Shown: positions 1 to 11,719 of the stretch, piece by piece
Position numbering within the stretch: position 1 is the first letter of the stretch
Layout: each line of letters opens with the position of its first letter
Source: Octopus sinensis
Lineage: Eukaryota
Assembly: GCF_006345805.1 (NCBI RefSeq)
Contig: NW_021835857.1
Coordinates: 1 to 42,965, forward strand
Length of the DNA stretch: 42,965 nt
Direction: 5' to 3'
The notes under the pieces: model-generated
Databases searched by the model: none
The model's input: the letters and a program-made list of their open reading frames with translations, nothing else
Told to the model about the DNA's origin: nothing
Position numbers and translations under genes: made by a program

Positions 1-1499
1 CATCCCCCCTCCATCCTTACATCATTCGCATCCTTCATCATCATGCACACCCATACATCAATACATACACATGCACGCACTGGCTCCCCCAACCCCATCG
101 CCACCACTACCCCACCCACCACCACCACAGCACATAGTGTGACTCAGTACTCCCTTTAGCATTTAAATGCTGTATACATTAATATCTTTTTGTGTCTATG
201 GTATTTGGTTGAAAAAATATATTTGATTGAGTACACCACACACACAACCACCGTACACACCCACACACGTACACCATCATACTCGAACACGCGCACACAC
301 AAACCCACCTACACACAGACACGCACATACACACACACATAGCACAACTACAACACTCATACGCACGCATATATGCATGCACAAACATATACACACGTTT
401 GTAGGGATATGTGTGCTTGTAGACATATATATATATACATATATATGTCTATTTGTTATATATATATATAGGTCTCATATGTAAGTTATATATATATATA
501 TATTATATATATACGTATATAAATACGTATGTATATATATATGCGTATATCTATACGTTTATATGTATGTATATCTATATAAAATATATATATATACATA
601 TATATATACATATATATGCATATATATACATATATACTTATATGTATATACATATATACATATATATATATACAATATATATATACATATATATATATAT
701 ACATATATATATATACCTATATATATACATATAATATACATACATATATACATATATATACATATATATATATGTATATATACATATAATATTCATGTAT
801 ATATATATACATATATATTCTACATGTATATATATATATACCACTATATATGCATATATATTATATATTCATATATATATATGTATACGTAATATATCTC
901 ATTAATGGTCCGAAACTGAGTATTAATTACCATTTTGGTTGATAACTAATGAAGAATTAGGGACCCCTGTGTCTCTTCCCCGTCCGGTTGTACACTCAGT
1001 ATACGTATAAGATTTTTATCTGTCGTTATTTATTTACTATGCATTTTTTCGTTTCTCTGTACACACACCTGTGTATGTATGTATATTTATATATATGTAT
1101 ACACACACGCACACACACACATACACACATGTACATACATACATACATGCACACACACACACATATATGCATCACGAATCTAGGGAGTACAGTCTAATTC
1201 ATCGCGAGAACACATTAACTCAGCAAGTAGTCGGAGCTATGACATTATGTCTTTGTGGAATCTCTCTCTCTCTCTCTTTCTTTTATTCTCTCTCTCCCAC
1301 TCTGTCCGATGTCTGTCTGTCGAGATGGCTGGGTATCTTTGTCACTCTCTTTCTGTCTGTCTTTGTGTGGCTAATAAACTCTTTCTGCAACCATGCCTTT
1401 TCGAGTTCAGTCCTACAGCGTTCCACCTGGGGCAAATGTCATCTACCAACGCCTGGTGAGTCAAGTTGGCTGACAGAAACTATATGGAAGCCCGTCGTA

Positions 1500-1663
1500 T
1501 TTGTATGTATGTATATACGTTACGTACGTACGTATGTATGTATGTATGTATGTATGTATGTATGTATGTATGTATGTATGTATGTATGTACGTATGTATG
1601 TATGTATGTATGTATGTATGTATGTATGTATGTATGTATGTCTATATAATATCTATCTATCTA

Positions 1664-1697
<34 letters not shown>

Positions 1698-1910
1698 CAT
1701 ATACACACAGACACCCACACACCCACACACACATATATATATGTGTGTGTGCACACATACCTGACTACTCATATTTTCATATCATATATGTTTACATATG
1801 TACATATAAACATAAATAAATACATACAAACACACACATAGACGCATACACACATACATACATACATACATACATACATACATACATACATACATACATA
1901 CATACACGTG
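1500..1910. repeat. (TATG)n/(TA)n/(TACA)n microsatellite cluster (similar low-complexity TA/CA block at 230-890)
   Basis: Direct reading. Explains the MYVC/YIYI/HTH ORFs. Confidence 0.95.
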
Positions 1911-2295
1911 CATTCCTAGAAAGGAAATTTTTTCCTCGTCAACGTCCCCTCTAACACTACACTTAAATAGAACTCAAATATTTAATTGACATTAAAGTTG
2001 GGAATTTTATTAGGAAACTGATAACAAGTTCTTTGATTTCAATTACAGAAGGTTTTTTTGATGGCGAAAGATTTAATTTAATTTATCGAAAATTATTTCT
2101 AGAAATGTCAGATGTTCATAGAAGTAAGCGCCGTCACGGCGTGTGAAGTTAGGAGATTCGCTTTGCAAAAAAGCGATTCCAGGTTCGGTCTTACAGTGCA
2201 ACACTTAGGGCATTTGCATTTTACTATAATGTCAAGTTGTCGTCTAGGAAGCCGAAAGCCAAACACCCCTACACACGTCCCCATATATATATGTA

Positions 2296-2348
<53 letters not shown>

Positions 2349-3044
2349 GTCTGTCTGTATGTATGTATGTATGTAAGTATGTATATATATTGGGTTAGCA
2401 ACTTAGTTCCCACCCTTTTTTAAAATTTCATATTTTTAAAGGTTTGATTAAAAAAAATAACAACTAATTAATCAATAATGTATTCAACCTTGTTGTTTAC
2501 AACTTCTTCCCAACGTTCAACAAGATTTTCAATACCTCGTTGATAGAAATCACCTGATTTCGACTCGAAAAATTGATCCAACCAAGCTCTCAATTCTGCA
2601 TCAGTATTGAACGAAACTCCGCGCATAACATTTGAAAGAGATCGAAAGCGGTGGAAATCCGTTGGTCCCAAATCAGGAGAGTATGGCGGGTGTGGCAGCA
2701 CTTCCCAGCCATGCGTTTGAATGGCTTCTTTGGTCATAATGGCGATATGAGGGCGGGCGTTGTCGTGCAACAGAATAACTTCATGCTACCGATTCGGTAT
2801 TTTCTCTTGAATAGCCGTGTTGAGTCGTTCCATCTTTTGAACATAGTGTTCCATGTTGACCGTTTGGTTCCGTTCAAGCAATTCATAATGGATAATCCCT
2901 TCCCAGTCATACCATACGCACAACATCGTTTTACGCGGATGAAAATCTTGTTTCACGCGTGGTGTCGCTTGTTTACCGGGACTAAGCCATTCCTTACGCT
3001 GCTTCATATTGATGTACAGGCACCATTTTTCGTCGCCAGTAATG

Positions 3045-3060
3045 ATTCGGTAAAGAAATC
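3045..3060. repeat. Left 16-bp target-site duplication attcggtaaagaaatc
   Basis: Identical to 4306-4321. Removing the insert and one copy restores the mariner frame KQRFLYRIITGDEKW. Confidence 0.95.
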
Positions 3061-3154
3061 TGTTTCTTTATTACCCACAAGAGGCTAAACACAGAGGGGA
3101 CAAACAAGGACAGACATAGGTATTAAGTCGATTACATCAACCCCAGTGCCTAAC
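3061..3154 (-). mobile_element. SINE family A, 3' part of the chimeric element
   Basis: Minus strand gttaggcactggggttgatgtaatcgacttaat...gtgggtaataaagaaaca matches the 3' end of the full family-A copies at 28074-28308 and 33159-33392. Confidence 0.95.
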
Positions 3155-4185
3155 AACCCCAGTGGTTTGTTATCAGGACCATATATTCTACCATCAGGAG
3201 CAAATATTTTGCGACCAGGGCCATAACCTTTGCCATCAGGAGCATAAAATCTTCTGTCTGGTTCGTACAGTTGTCCATTTGGACCAAACAATCTGCCGCA
3301 GGACTGTATGCCACACCATTCGGACCATACCTTTATCGAGAGGAGCTTCTGGAAGGCCGTAACTTTTTCCTTCTGGACACTTGCATGCATCGGTCAAGGG
3401 CACAGCACTGGGATAGAGTTCTCCATTGACACTAGGCTGAGTCATTTCTTTTTCAGTTGGAGATGCAGGAGGTGTTTTGCCCTTATCTTTATCTTTTGGA
3501 TGTTTTCTAAATTTGCCAAATAAGCCAAGTCTTCCTTTCTCTTTTCCCTTCTCTTTCTCAGCAGCAACTTCAGGTTCTTCCTGAGGTTTCTGTCCATTCT
3601 TAAGGTTGTTACTAGTTTCAAGGTCTGCTGCAACTGGTTTAACTGCATCAGCCCTGATTACTGAATCATCATCAGTCATTTTGCCAAGACGGTCTTCGGA
3701 ATTTGATAGTTTATCATTTATGCCCTTTTTCTTTCTCTCCTTCTCCTCCTTTTCTCGCCTCTTCCGTTCCTCCTCCTCCCTCTTCTTTTGTTCCTTCTCT
3801 CGCTTTTTCTCGTCCTTGTTGGAAGGAGGCCTTTTGAGGTAGGAGATGGGCATACCACCTTCTGTGGACCTTGCATCATATTCTCCACCCGAGTAGTCGG
3901 CAGTCTTAATACTGTCTGGAGAGCTTGGTCTATCATATCTGTCAGCCTCGTTAACGTTGGGGAGAGAGACCACTTTACCATCTTCATTGCCGCCGTATTG
4001 GTTTTGCATGCCCCATCCTGGATAGGTGGCTTGGTCACCATGTTTTTTATCACGTCGATCTCGTACATCATGGCGAGGAAGTGTTGCAATAATTGGATAG
4101 TCACCAGCAGATCCGAAAGACTCAGTGCTTGCAATGCGGTCACGGTTGACGTCATCCATACTTCGTGACCGATCATAATTGTAAT
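3155..4185 (-). pseudogene. Captured intronless coding fragment of an unidentified host gene (S/P-rich region, E/R/K-rich helix, heptad xx(Y/F)xP(D/N)G repeats)
   Basis: About 285 uninterrupted codons (DYNYDRSRSMDD...KKREKEQKKREEEERKRREKEEKERKKK...GRLGLFGKFRKHPKDKDK...). Two 1-nt deletions (3329/3330 and 3298/3299) then link to RLFGPNGQLYEPD...IYGPDNKPL. Non-repetitive and richer in GC than its flanks. The ORF-track start MSSNSAEVDFAFHPFG is SINE sequence with a GTG start. Confidence 0.85.
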
Positions 4186-4305
4186 CCCCGAAAGGATGAA
4201 AGGCAAAGTCGACCTCGGCGGAATTTGAACTCACAACGTAACGCAGACGAAATACCGCTAAGCATTTCGCCTGGCGTGCTAACGTTTCTGCCAGCTCGCC
4301 GCCTT
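4186..4305 (-). mobile_element. SINE family A, 5' part of the chimeric element (tRNA-like head with A/B boxes)
   Basis: Minus strand aaggcggcgagctggcagaaacgttagcacgcc...gagttcaaattccgccgaggtcgactttgcctttcatcctttcgggg, then an abrupt switch to cargo. Confidence 0.95.
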
Positions 4306-4321
4306 ATTCGGTAAAGAAATC
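4306..4321. repeat. Right 16-bp target-site duplication
   Basis: attcggtaaagaaatc, identical to 3045-3060. Confidence 0.95.
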
Positions 4322-4835
4322 GTTGCTTGTGTCGAAGAGTTGGGCGGTGACGAACAAGCAAACCAGCGGAGTTTGTGGCTCGTTGATTTTTGTTGTTGTC
4401 ACTTAAAGCATGCGGGACTCATGCTCACATACTTCTGAACCTTTCCCATCGAGTGAAGATGCTTCCCTATAGCAGTGTGGGAGCATTCCATTTTCTCTGC
4501 CAGTTCCCTTGTCGTTTGACGGGAATTTTAGTGCAAAAGTTGGTTTAATCGCTCTTCATCGAACTCAACTGGAGGGCCAGAACCTGTGCGTCTTTGAGGT
4601 CAAAATTTCCATTTTTGAACTTGGCATACCAATCACGAGCGTTTCTTTCAGCTATGGCATCCTCTTCATACAAAGCACAAATGTCGCGAGCAGCTTTTGT
4701 GGCCTTAGAACCTTGATTAAAAGCGAAATGAAGGTGTCGAAAATGCTCATTTTTCTGAATCATGTGGTTGGGTAGCAAGCTTTTTACCACACAATCACGT
4801 CTGTGCCGAGCAAGCTTCTAAAAAAAATAATTAGA

Positions 4836-4985
4836 TTTTTGGTTAAGAAGTCCGCTTTGCAGCTATGTGGTTTCGGACTCAATCTTAGATACCTTAGGCA
4901 AGTATTTTCTACTCTAACACCGAAGGACTGAATGACGCGTTTGGAGTGAATTGAATTTGGTTGACGGAAACTGAAAGAAGCTCTG
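4836..4985 (+). mobile_element. Old degenerate SINE family B 5' half
   Basis: ggttaagaag...ccttaggcaagtattttctact...gacggaaactgaaagaagc resembles the family-B head and body. Confidence 0.6.
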
Positions 4986-5544
4986 AATCCAGAACCTCAA
5001 GGCTGCAAAGCAAGTTTTTTTAAAGACTCAGCCACGTTTGTGCTTTGCGTTTCAACTGACCAGTTTTTTTTCAGAGAACTTCCAGCTCCAAGTTTATGAA
5101 AAATTTCTAAAGACACTTTATCTGTTAGTACGACCAGTGAGCATTGCCCGTTCTTGATAATTTCTACAAGTATGATGTCTCCGTCATCAAGAAGCACACA
5201 CCATTCTGAACATTGCTGTCTTGTTGAGTCATATTGAATAATAGACCTTTTGTGTAGGGTGAATCCTGCTGCCTGTAGGTTTTATTATGAAGACTGCCTC
5301 ATTGCTTTTCTTTGTCAGGAAGAGCAGGGTGATAGCCTTTAACCAGTCTAGGACCGAAAGGAACGTGTCGTGGATAAGAGAGAGAACACAGTGAAATGAT
5401 TTTATTTTTCTATGGCAAAGTCCTTAATAGCATATTCAGGATAGATGGTTAAATACAAAGTGTGAAGCGTCCATCGGTCATTTACCATGTTGTGACGGTT
5501 GAAACGACGGGCGTTTTTTTCTCTAGTTTTCCTTCTTTGTTCTT

Positions 5545-5620
5545 TTCGCTTCATAGCGAGCCTATATTTTTGGAGAAGAATGAATACTCGAAACGTTAAA
5601 GACATTTCCTTCAATTTTTT
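5545..5620 (+). mobile_element. Penelope-like terminal fragment with degenerate hammerhead-like motif
   Basis: ctcgaaacgttaaagac is shared exactly with the 17939-17977 motif. Confidence 0.4.
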
Positions 5621-6366
5621 TACAAACTAATACTGTCGTTGAGTTATATTTGTTATAAATTTACAGCATATATATTTACACACATATATATACATACACA
5701 TGTACACATACCCGCATACATACATAATACACACATACACATACATATACACACATATACATACATGCACACATACACACATGTATACATACATACATAC
5801 ATACATAAATACATACATACATACATACATACATACATACATACATACATACATACATACATACATACATACATACATACATGCATACATACATACATAT
5901 ATACATACACACCAGTGATCCGTGCCCACAATGAACATTCAATGCCATTCAGCAGCCATTTTAGCTTCATTATATTGAGTTAAATATGAACGTCAACCCA
6001 TCAGACTGTGTTTCCTTCTTGTTCTCCCTCTCACTCTTTCCCCCTCTCCCTCCATTTCTGCCCCTCTCTCTCTCACACACAGTCTCTCGGTAATAAATCC
6101 ATGTCTATTGATTCACATTTTAGTTAAGTAACGCAACTGGAACTCTGGAGCAATACAGCAAACAACATTATGTTCAGCGTAGACAGTGGAGACGGTTATG
6201 CATTGATCAGAGTCGGGGACATGTAGGCTGGAATATTTCTGAATACTAACTTGTACTATGACGAGCCAGAGGTTGAACAGAGACCACTGCACTTCATGCA
6301 ATTACTTTATATCGACTACACATATACAGATACATGATTAGATGCAGAAGCGCATACGAGATATAT

Positions 6367-6413
<47 letters not shown>

Positions 6414-6501
6414 ATATATATATATATATAATATACATATATATATGTGTTATATATATATGTATAGATAGATAGATAGAGATATATATATTATAATATA
6501 T

Positions 6502-6530
<29 letters not shown>

Positions 6531-6550
<20 letters not shown>

Positions 6551-6552
6551 GT

Positions 6553-6612
<60 letters not shown>

Positions 6613-6613
6613 G

Positions 6614-6651
<38 letters not shown>

Positions 6652-6652
6652 C

Positions 6653-6704
<52 letters not shown>

Positions 6705-6729
6705 GAGATAGATAGATAGATAGATAGAG

Positions 6730-6798
<69 letters not shown>

Positions 6799-6800
6799 CG
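6531..6800. repeat. (GATA)n microsatellite, preceded by (TA)n at about 6360-6520
   Basis: Direct reading. Source of the YLSI-repeat ORFs. Confidence 0.95.
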
Positions 6801-7526
6801 AACACATCCAAGTCTATACATGTACGCTCATACGCACACGACAAGCATATCTCAATCACCGATATGAGATATAATAGTTGAGACACCATCCCGCTTCCAA
6901 ACAGGTTACATCGTTGCATTGATTACTTGTATATGTTATGGGGAAAACTATTCAAGCAAATACACATGTAAATCGCTAACGCACCGGTTTATTTTGTCGT
7001 TTGCTCCAGACTCAAACAGGATACAGTCATGCCAAACGAGAAATTCTTCGCTCAAGTTATGCCGAACGCCTGGCACGTTTTTGCCAAGTCGTGCGTATAT
7101 ACATACCCCAACACATAACTGATAGACTAAGAGATATGATAAAAAAAAACCTGTGCTCCAATCATTTCTTTTCTGCCCATTCTTGATACGAACGCAGACG
7201 ATAAGTGCAATAGTACAATTTCTCTTGCCGTAATTTCTCTCTGATATTTTTATTATTTATTTCCCTCTTTACATTCTTAATTTCGACCAGTAATGGGTTT
7301 GATATTCGAAACGGTTATTTTCCACTCGAGTGCCTGTTATTTCGTCTAGAAAATCGTATCATTTTATTGATTGCTGATGGTTTCTTGCTGAAGGTGTGAA
7401 CACAAATTTAGAAAACTGTTCATTCCATCACATTAGCCGGGAACATGGCGGACGATAAGACAATTATTTACATTTTCTTGCAGATGTATATGTGAACAAA
7501 CACACGTATATTCGCATGTGTAGACT

Positions 7527-7563
<37 letters not shown>

Positions 7564-7737
7564 CATGCATACACATATAATACATAACTATATATGTGAG
7601 CGAATGTGTACATGTACGCATGTGTGTGTGTGTGTTTGTATTTATATATATGTATAAATGTATGTAGATTTGCAAGTGTGCATATACATTTTAATGCATA
7701 TAGTCTCACACGCCAATATTTATCTATCTACCTATCA

Positions 7738-7807
<70 letters not shown>

Positions 7808-7900
7808 TATGTATGTATGTATGTATGTATGTATGTATGTATGTATGTATGTATGTATCTATCTATCTATCTATCTATCTATGTATCTATCTATCTATCA

Positions 7901-7936
<36 letters not shown>

Positions 7937-8647
7937 GTCTGTCTATCCCCCTGTCTCTGTCTCTGTCTGTCACTCTGTCTCTGTCTGTCACTCTGTCTCT
8001 GTCTGTCTCTCTCCATATATATATGTATATATATCTATAAATATATATAACTCAAGAAAAAATCAGACTATAAGAGTAAAAATACTGAAACACTAACGAA
8101 CTAACAACAAGTAATGAATTTTCATCTAAAATTTTAATTTAAAAGATTTTTATAAAATAGTCTCTAAAGCACGTTTATGAAAAGCAGACGTGCCCATGTA
8201 GTGTCGTATTCATGCCTATATGCACACACCTCCACGGCCAATGAGGCGTAGCGTTATTATGTATGACTGAATGAATAATAACTATATGAATATCGTTTTT
8301 GATTGTAAGCATGCCGTATTTCTGCGTAGCATTGTATATACTAGTCTATGTGTGTGTGGCAAGCATAGACAATACGTCAATATAACATTACTTCATATAT
8401 ACGCACAATAGCTAAGATTTTCTCGATGGGATTAGCTTATTGTATTCACGGCTGTATTTTGTAGTATTTCAGTTTATCAATCCTGGACGGACAAAATGCA
8501 AAGTTGACACAAGGATTTTAACGAGGCCCAGAAATAGTTCTACTAAGCATATTTACCGATGACCTAACGATTCAGATATTTAATATTTCACTTTGCCTTT
8601 TACGTGTACTAGTGTAAAATAATATGCTCAACAGTATGTTCTTTCAT

Positions 8648-8718
<71 letters not shown>

Positions 8719-8865
8719 CCGCAATAAAATAACAAGGTAAAAGTTTTTATTTTTCATTCCCTTCGGAAATTGCTCTTAAATGTGGTTTTGGTCGTTTTGA
8801 CTGCTTCTTCTAGCGTGTAAAAATTACCTGTTAAGGGTAATTTTTTCTTGTGTTTAATTGTACAC

Positions 8866-8903
<38 letters not shown>

Positions 8904-8906
<3 letters not shown>

Positions 8907-9017
8907 CTGCTCGCTTAGCCAGCGGGGTGGCGTCATTCGAAGGCTAAAACAATGCGAACGCATTGTGACCAGCGATGTGTAACATCTGATGGTCTGGTCG
9001 GTCACGTGATCACGTGA
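8904..9017. mobile_element. Short (~114 bp) structured element embedded in (TA)n, class unknown
   Basis: GC-rich island with a perfect hairpin acaatgcg-aa-cgcattgt (8949-8966) and a terminal palindrome tcacgtgatcacgtga (9002-9017). Confidence 0.45.
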
Positions 9018-9036
9018 TATATATATATGTATATAC

Positions 9037-9423
9037 GTTTTAGTCATCAGACTGCAGCCATGCTGGGGCACCGCCTTGAAGAATTTTCGGTCAAATGAAT
9101 CGACCCCAGCACTTTTTAAAAGTCCGCTACTTACGCTATCGGTTTTTTTTTTTTGCTGAACCGCCAAGTTACAAGTACGTAGACACATCAACACTGGTTG
9201 TCATGCAGTGGTGAGGGACAAACACATACATAACGACTCACATAGATATATAAATATACATATACAGCGGGCTTCTTTCAGTTTCTGTCTATCAAATCTC
9301 CTCACAAAGTTTTAGTCGGCCCAAGGCTATAGTAGAAGACACTTTTCCAAGGTACCACGCAATGGGACTGAACCCAGAACCATGTGGCTGGGAAGTAAGC
9401 TTCTTACCACATAGCCACGCCTG
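9037..9423 (-). mobile_element. SINE family B
   Basis: Head gtggctatgtggtaagaagcttacttcccagccacatggttctgggttcagtccc, body ccttggaaaagtgtcttctactatagcc, tail cagcatggctgcagtctgatgactaaaac. Confidence 0.9.
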
Positions 9424-9458
9424 GGACTTGTTGAAAAATTCCTGGGGTAGACTTTTCC

Positions 9459-9684
9459 AAGATGGCAGAACCGCTAGCATGCCGGGCGAAATGCGTAGCT
9501 GTATTTCGTCTGTCGTTACGTTCTGAGTTAAAATTCCGCCGAGGTCGACTTTGCTTTTCATCATTTCGGGGTTGATAAATTTAGTACCAGTTACGCCCTG
9601 GGGTCGATATAATCGACTTAATCCGTTTGTCTGTCCTTGTTTGTCCTCTCTGTGTTTAGCCCCTTGTAGGTAGTAAAGAAATAG
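9459..9684 (+). mobile_element. SINE family A
   Basis: Near full-length, ends aaagaaatag. Head-to-head with the family-B copy about 35 bp away. Confidence 0.9.
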
Positions 9685-9749
9685 GTAATCTCTTATATAC
9701 AATCCACGATGAGTATTTATTGTGAATGAATAAAAACATGATATTTTAC

Positions 9750-11390
9750 CTTTGGTAACCAGTGGCTGGTTGGAAGCATTCTTTGCTTTTTGTTCAGTTG
9801 ATAAAATGACTGCTTTACTGATTTTGTGCCATGTTTCTTGAGAAATGATGATAATATTAGATGCAGAGTCAAGTTGTAAGCATATATCATATCCATCTAT
9901 CTCTGAGGCAACAAATATACTTCCAGGTGATACTTGTTAGGTGATTTCTCCGTTTAATGTGACATAGACTTCATTTGAAATAATACTTTCTGCGACTGAA
10001 TCGGATTCAATGACTTTTACTGTGTTCCTGGAATGAACAGGTTAGTAGCAGTAGCCATTTTTATGTCCATAATTGTGACATCTGAGATATTTTTTTGTTC
10101 CTATGAGAACAATAATTTGCATAGTACCACTCGTCACAGTTCCATCATGCATTTGGAAGGCATCACCCTAGTTGTCATAAATGCTTAAGTCGGTTTTGAA
10201 TTCTGTGAACTCCAGCTTTGTTCCTTTGCGGTAAGTGGTTTTAACTATTTCATTTCCTGCAGGATTTTGTGTTATTTGAATATCATGCTTAATATTAACT
10301 AATCGTTGACAGTCACTTGTTAATTGTTGTACGGTACTGTCGTCTGATAAGGCGGCGAGCTGACAGAAACGTTAGCACGCCGGGCGAAATGCGTAGCGGT
10401 ATTTCGTCTGCTGTTACGTTCTGAGTTCAAATTCCGCTGAGGTCGACTTTGCCTTTCATCCTTTCGGGGTCGAATAAATAAGTACCAGTTACACACTGGG
10501 GTCGATATAATCGACTTAATCCGTTTGTCTGTCCTTGTTTGTCCTCTCTGTGTTGAGCCCCTTGTGGGTAGTAAAGAAATAGGTATTTCGTCTGCCGTTA
10601 CGTGCTGAGTTCAAATTCCGCCGAGGTCGACTTTGCCTTTCATCCTTTCGGGGTCGATTAAATAAGTACCAGTTACACACTGGGGTCGATATAATAGACT
10701 TGATCCGTTTATCTGTCCTTGTTTGTCCCTTCTGTGTTTAGCCCCTTGTGGGTAGTAAAGAAATAGAAATAGGTACTGTCGTCTGCTGTATCCAATGTGT
10801 CAGATCAAATACGAAAATTAAAATTTTAAATTGGTCATCAGTCATTGTCTGTCTATTAAATTTTTCGCATTCTTTGCTTATACGGCCAGCATTTGCAATA
10901 AAATCGTCTTCCAGGCGTTTTTCGAATTTCGAACATTTATATTTGATGTTAAACATTGAAAATGTCTTACCAAGCATGTTTGTAAGTCGGCCCATCGTAG
11001 TTTTAAAGTCAAATTCATTAGAATGTTTCGGTAAGACAAAATTAAAGTACTTGTTGCTTTCAATGCTGCCTAATTTTCGCTATAGTTGTCTTACCTAACT
11101 TGAATCATTCAGTTCCGATGCTTAAATGACGAAAAGATCTTGATGACGGTTATATCAGGATGCAAAAGTTGGTTCGTTTGTTCATCATATTGAAAAGTAG
11201 GAAACTTGTCGAAAATATTCGAAGTGATGCTCCGTTGATTGTTAATCGATATAGTTGGATTTGAGTGCACAGGCTTTCATACTAAAGCTGTTAAAATATT
11301 TAATTGCTGCTTGTCACTTTATTTTTGCATTTCTTGGGAGTCTTGCTGCATGCGCAACAAGTTGATGAAAGCTGCAGTACCTTCCATTTA
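9750..11390 (-). mobile_element. Decayed Ty3/gypsy LTR retrotransposon gag-protease fragment (K02A2.6-like), interrupted by a SINE dimer
   Basis: Minus-strand pieces: FQYDEQTNQ..YNRHQDLF, RKLGSIESNKYFNFVLPKH, MFNIKYKCSKFEK..AGRISKECEKF..TDDQFKILIFV, VQQLTSDCQRLVNIKHD, WNCDEWYYANYC..RCHNYGHKNGYC (zinc knuckles, about 10050-10155), LQLDSASNIIIISQETWHKI (aspartic protease motif, about 9830-9880). Many stops. No LTR seen. Confidence 0.85.
10347..10771 (+). mobile_element. Tandem SINE family A dimer (full monomer plus monomer lacking the first ~50 nt) with a single 14-bp TSD
   Basis: Junction aaagaaatag|gtatttcgtctg at 10582/10583. TSD ggtactgtcgtctg at 10333-10346 and 10772-10785. Confidence 0.93.
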
Positions 11391-11536
11391 TCACTCATAG
11401 CCAAATAATGCTGTAACTAAGAACGATAAGGATATTTTACTAAGAGAATGATTTTATTAACGAACGAAAAACATTGTAATAATTCCAAAACGAAGCGTAA
11501 AATGGTAAACTATAATGCCAATGCAGTTGTTCTATA

Positions 11537-11633
11537 ACTGCGTGGCACCTTGGGCAAGTGTCTTCTATTATAGCCTCGGGCCGACCAAAGCCTTGTGAGT
11601 GGATTTGGTAGATATGTGTGTATACACACACAT

Positions 11634-11719
<86 letters not shown>

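Larger units (their letters stand above)
2390..4762 (-). mobile_element. Mariner (IS630-Tc1-mariner, D,D34D) DNA transposon, decayed, one end missing, interrupted by the 3061-4305 insertion
   Basis: TA followed by TIR-like ttgggttagcaacttagttccc at 2390. Minus-strand pieces: HFRHL..FAFNQGSKATKAARDIC..WYAKFKNGNF (HTH), GA*VPHAL, RFLYRI|ITGDEKW across the insertion, KTMLCVWYDWEG, HDNARPH, YSPDLGPTDFH with 34 residues between the 2nd and 3rd Asp. Contains stops and frameshifts. The transposase 5' end abuts a SINE-B head fragment near 4762. Confidence 0.95.

Noticed and set aside
179-1820. Many 60-190 aa ORFs rich in YI, MYVC, HT and YLSI (also throughout the window)
   Set aside because: Translations of (TA)n, (TATG)n, (CA)n and (TATC)n, which lack stops in some frames.
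3236-4234. 332-aa ORF as an intact gene
   Set aside because: The start is a GTG inside the SINE and the first 16 residues are SINE-derived. The C-terminus after 3330 is out of frame. Treated as a captured pseudogenic fragment.
4997-5400. Possible RT-like remnant (DWLKAITLLF; LDDGDIILV)
   Set aside because: Motifs are too short and not colinear with an RT domain.
6113-6301. Unique-looking stretch with short open frames on both strands
   Set aside because: No recognisable motif or convincing splice pair.
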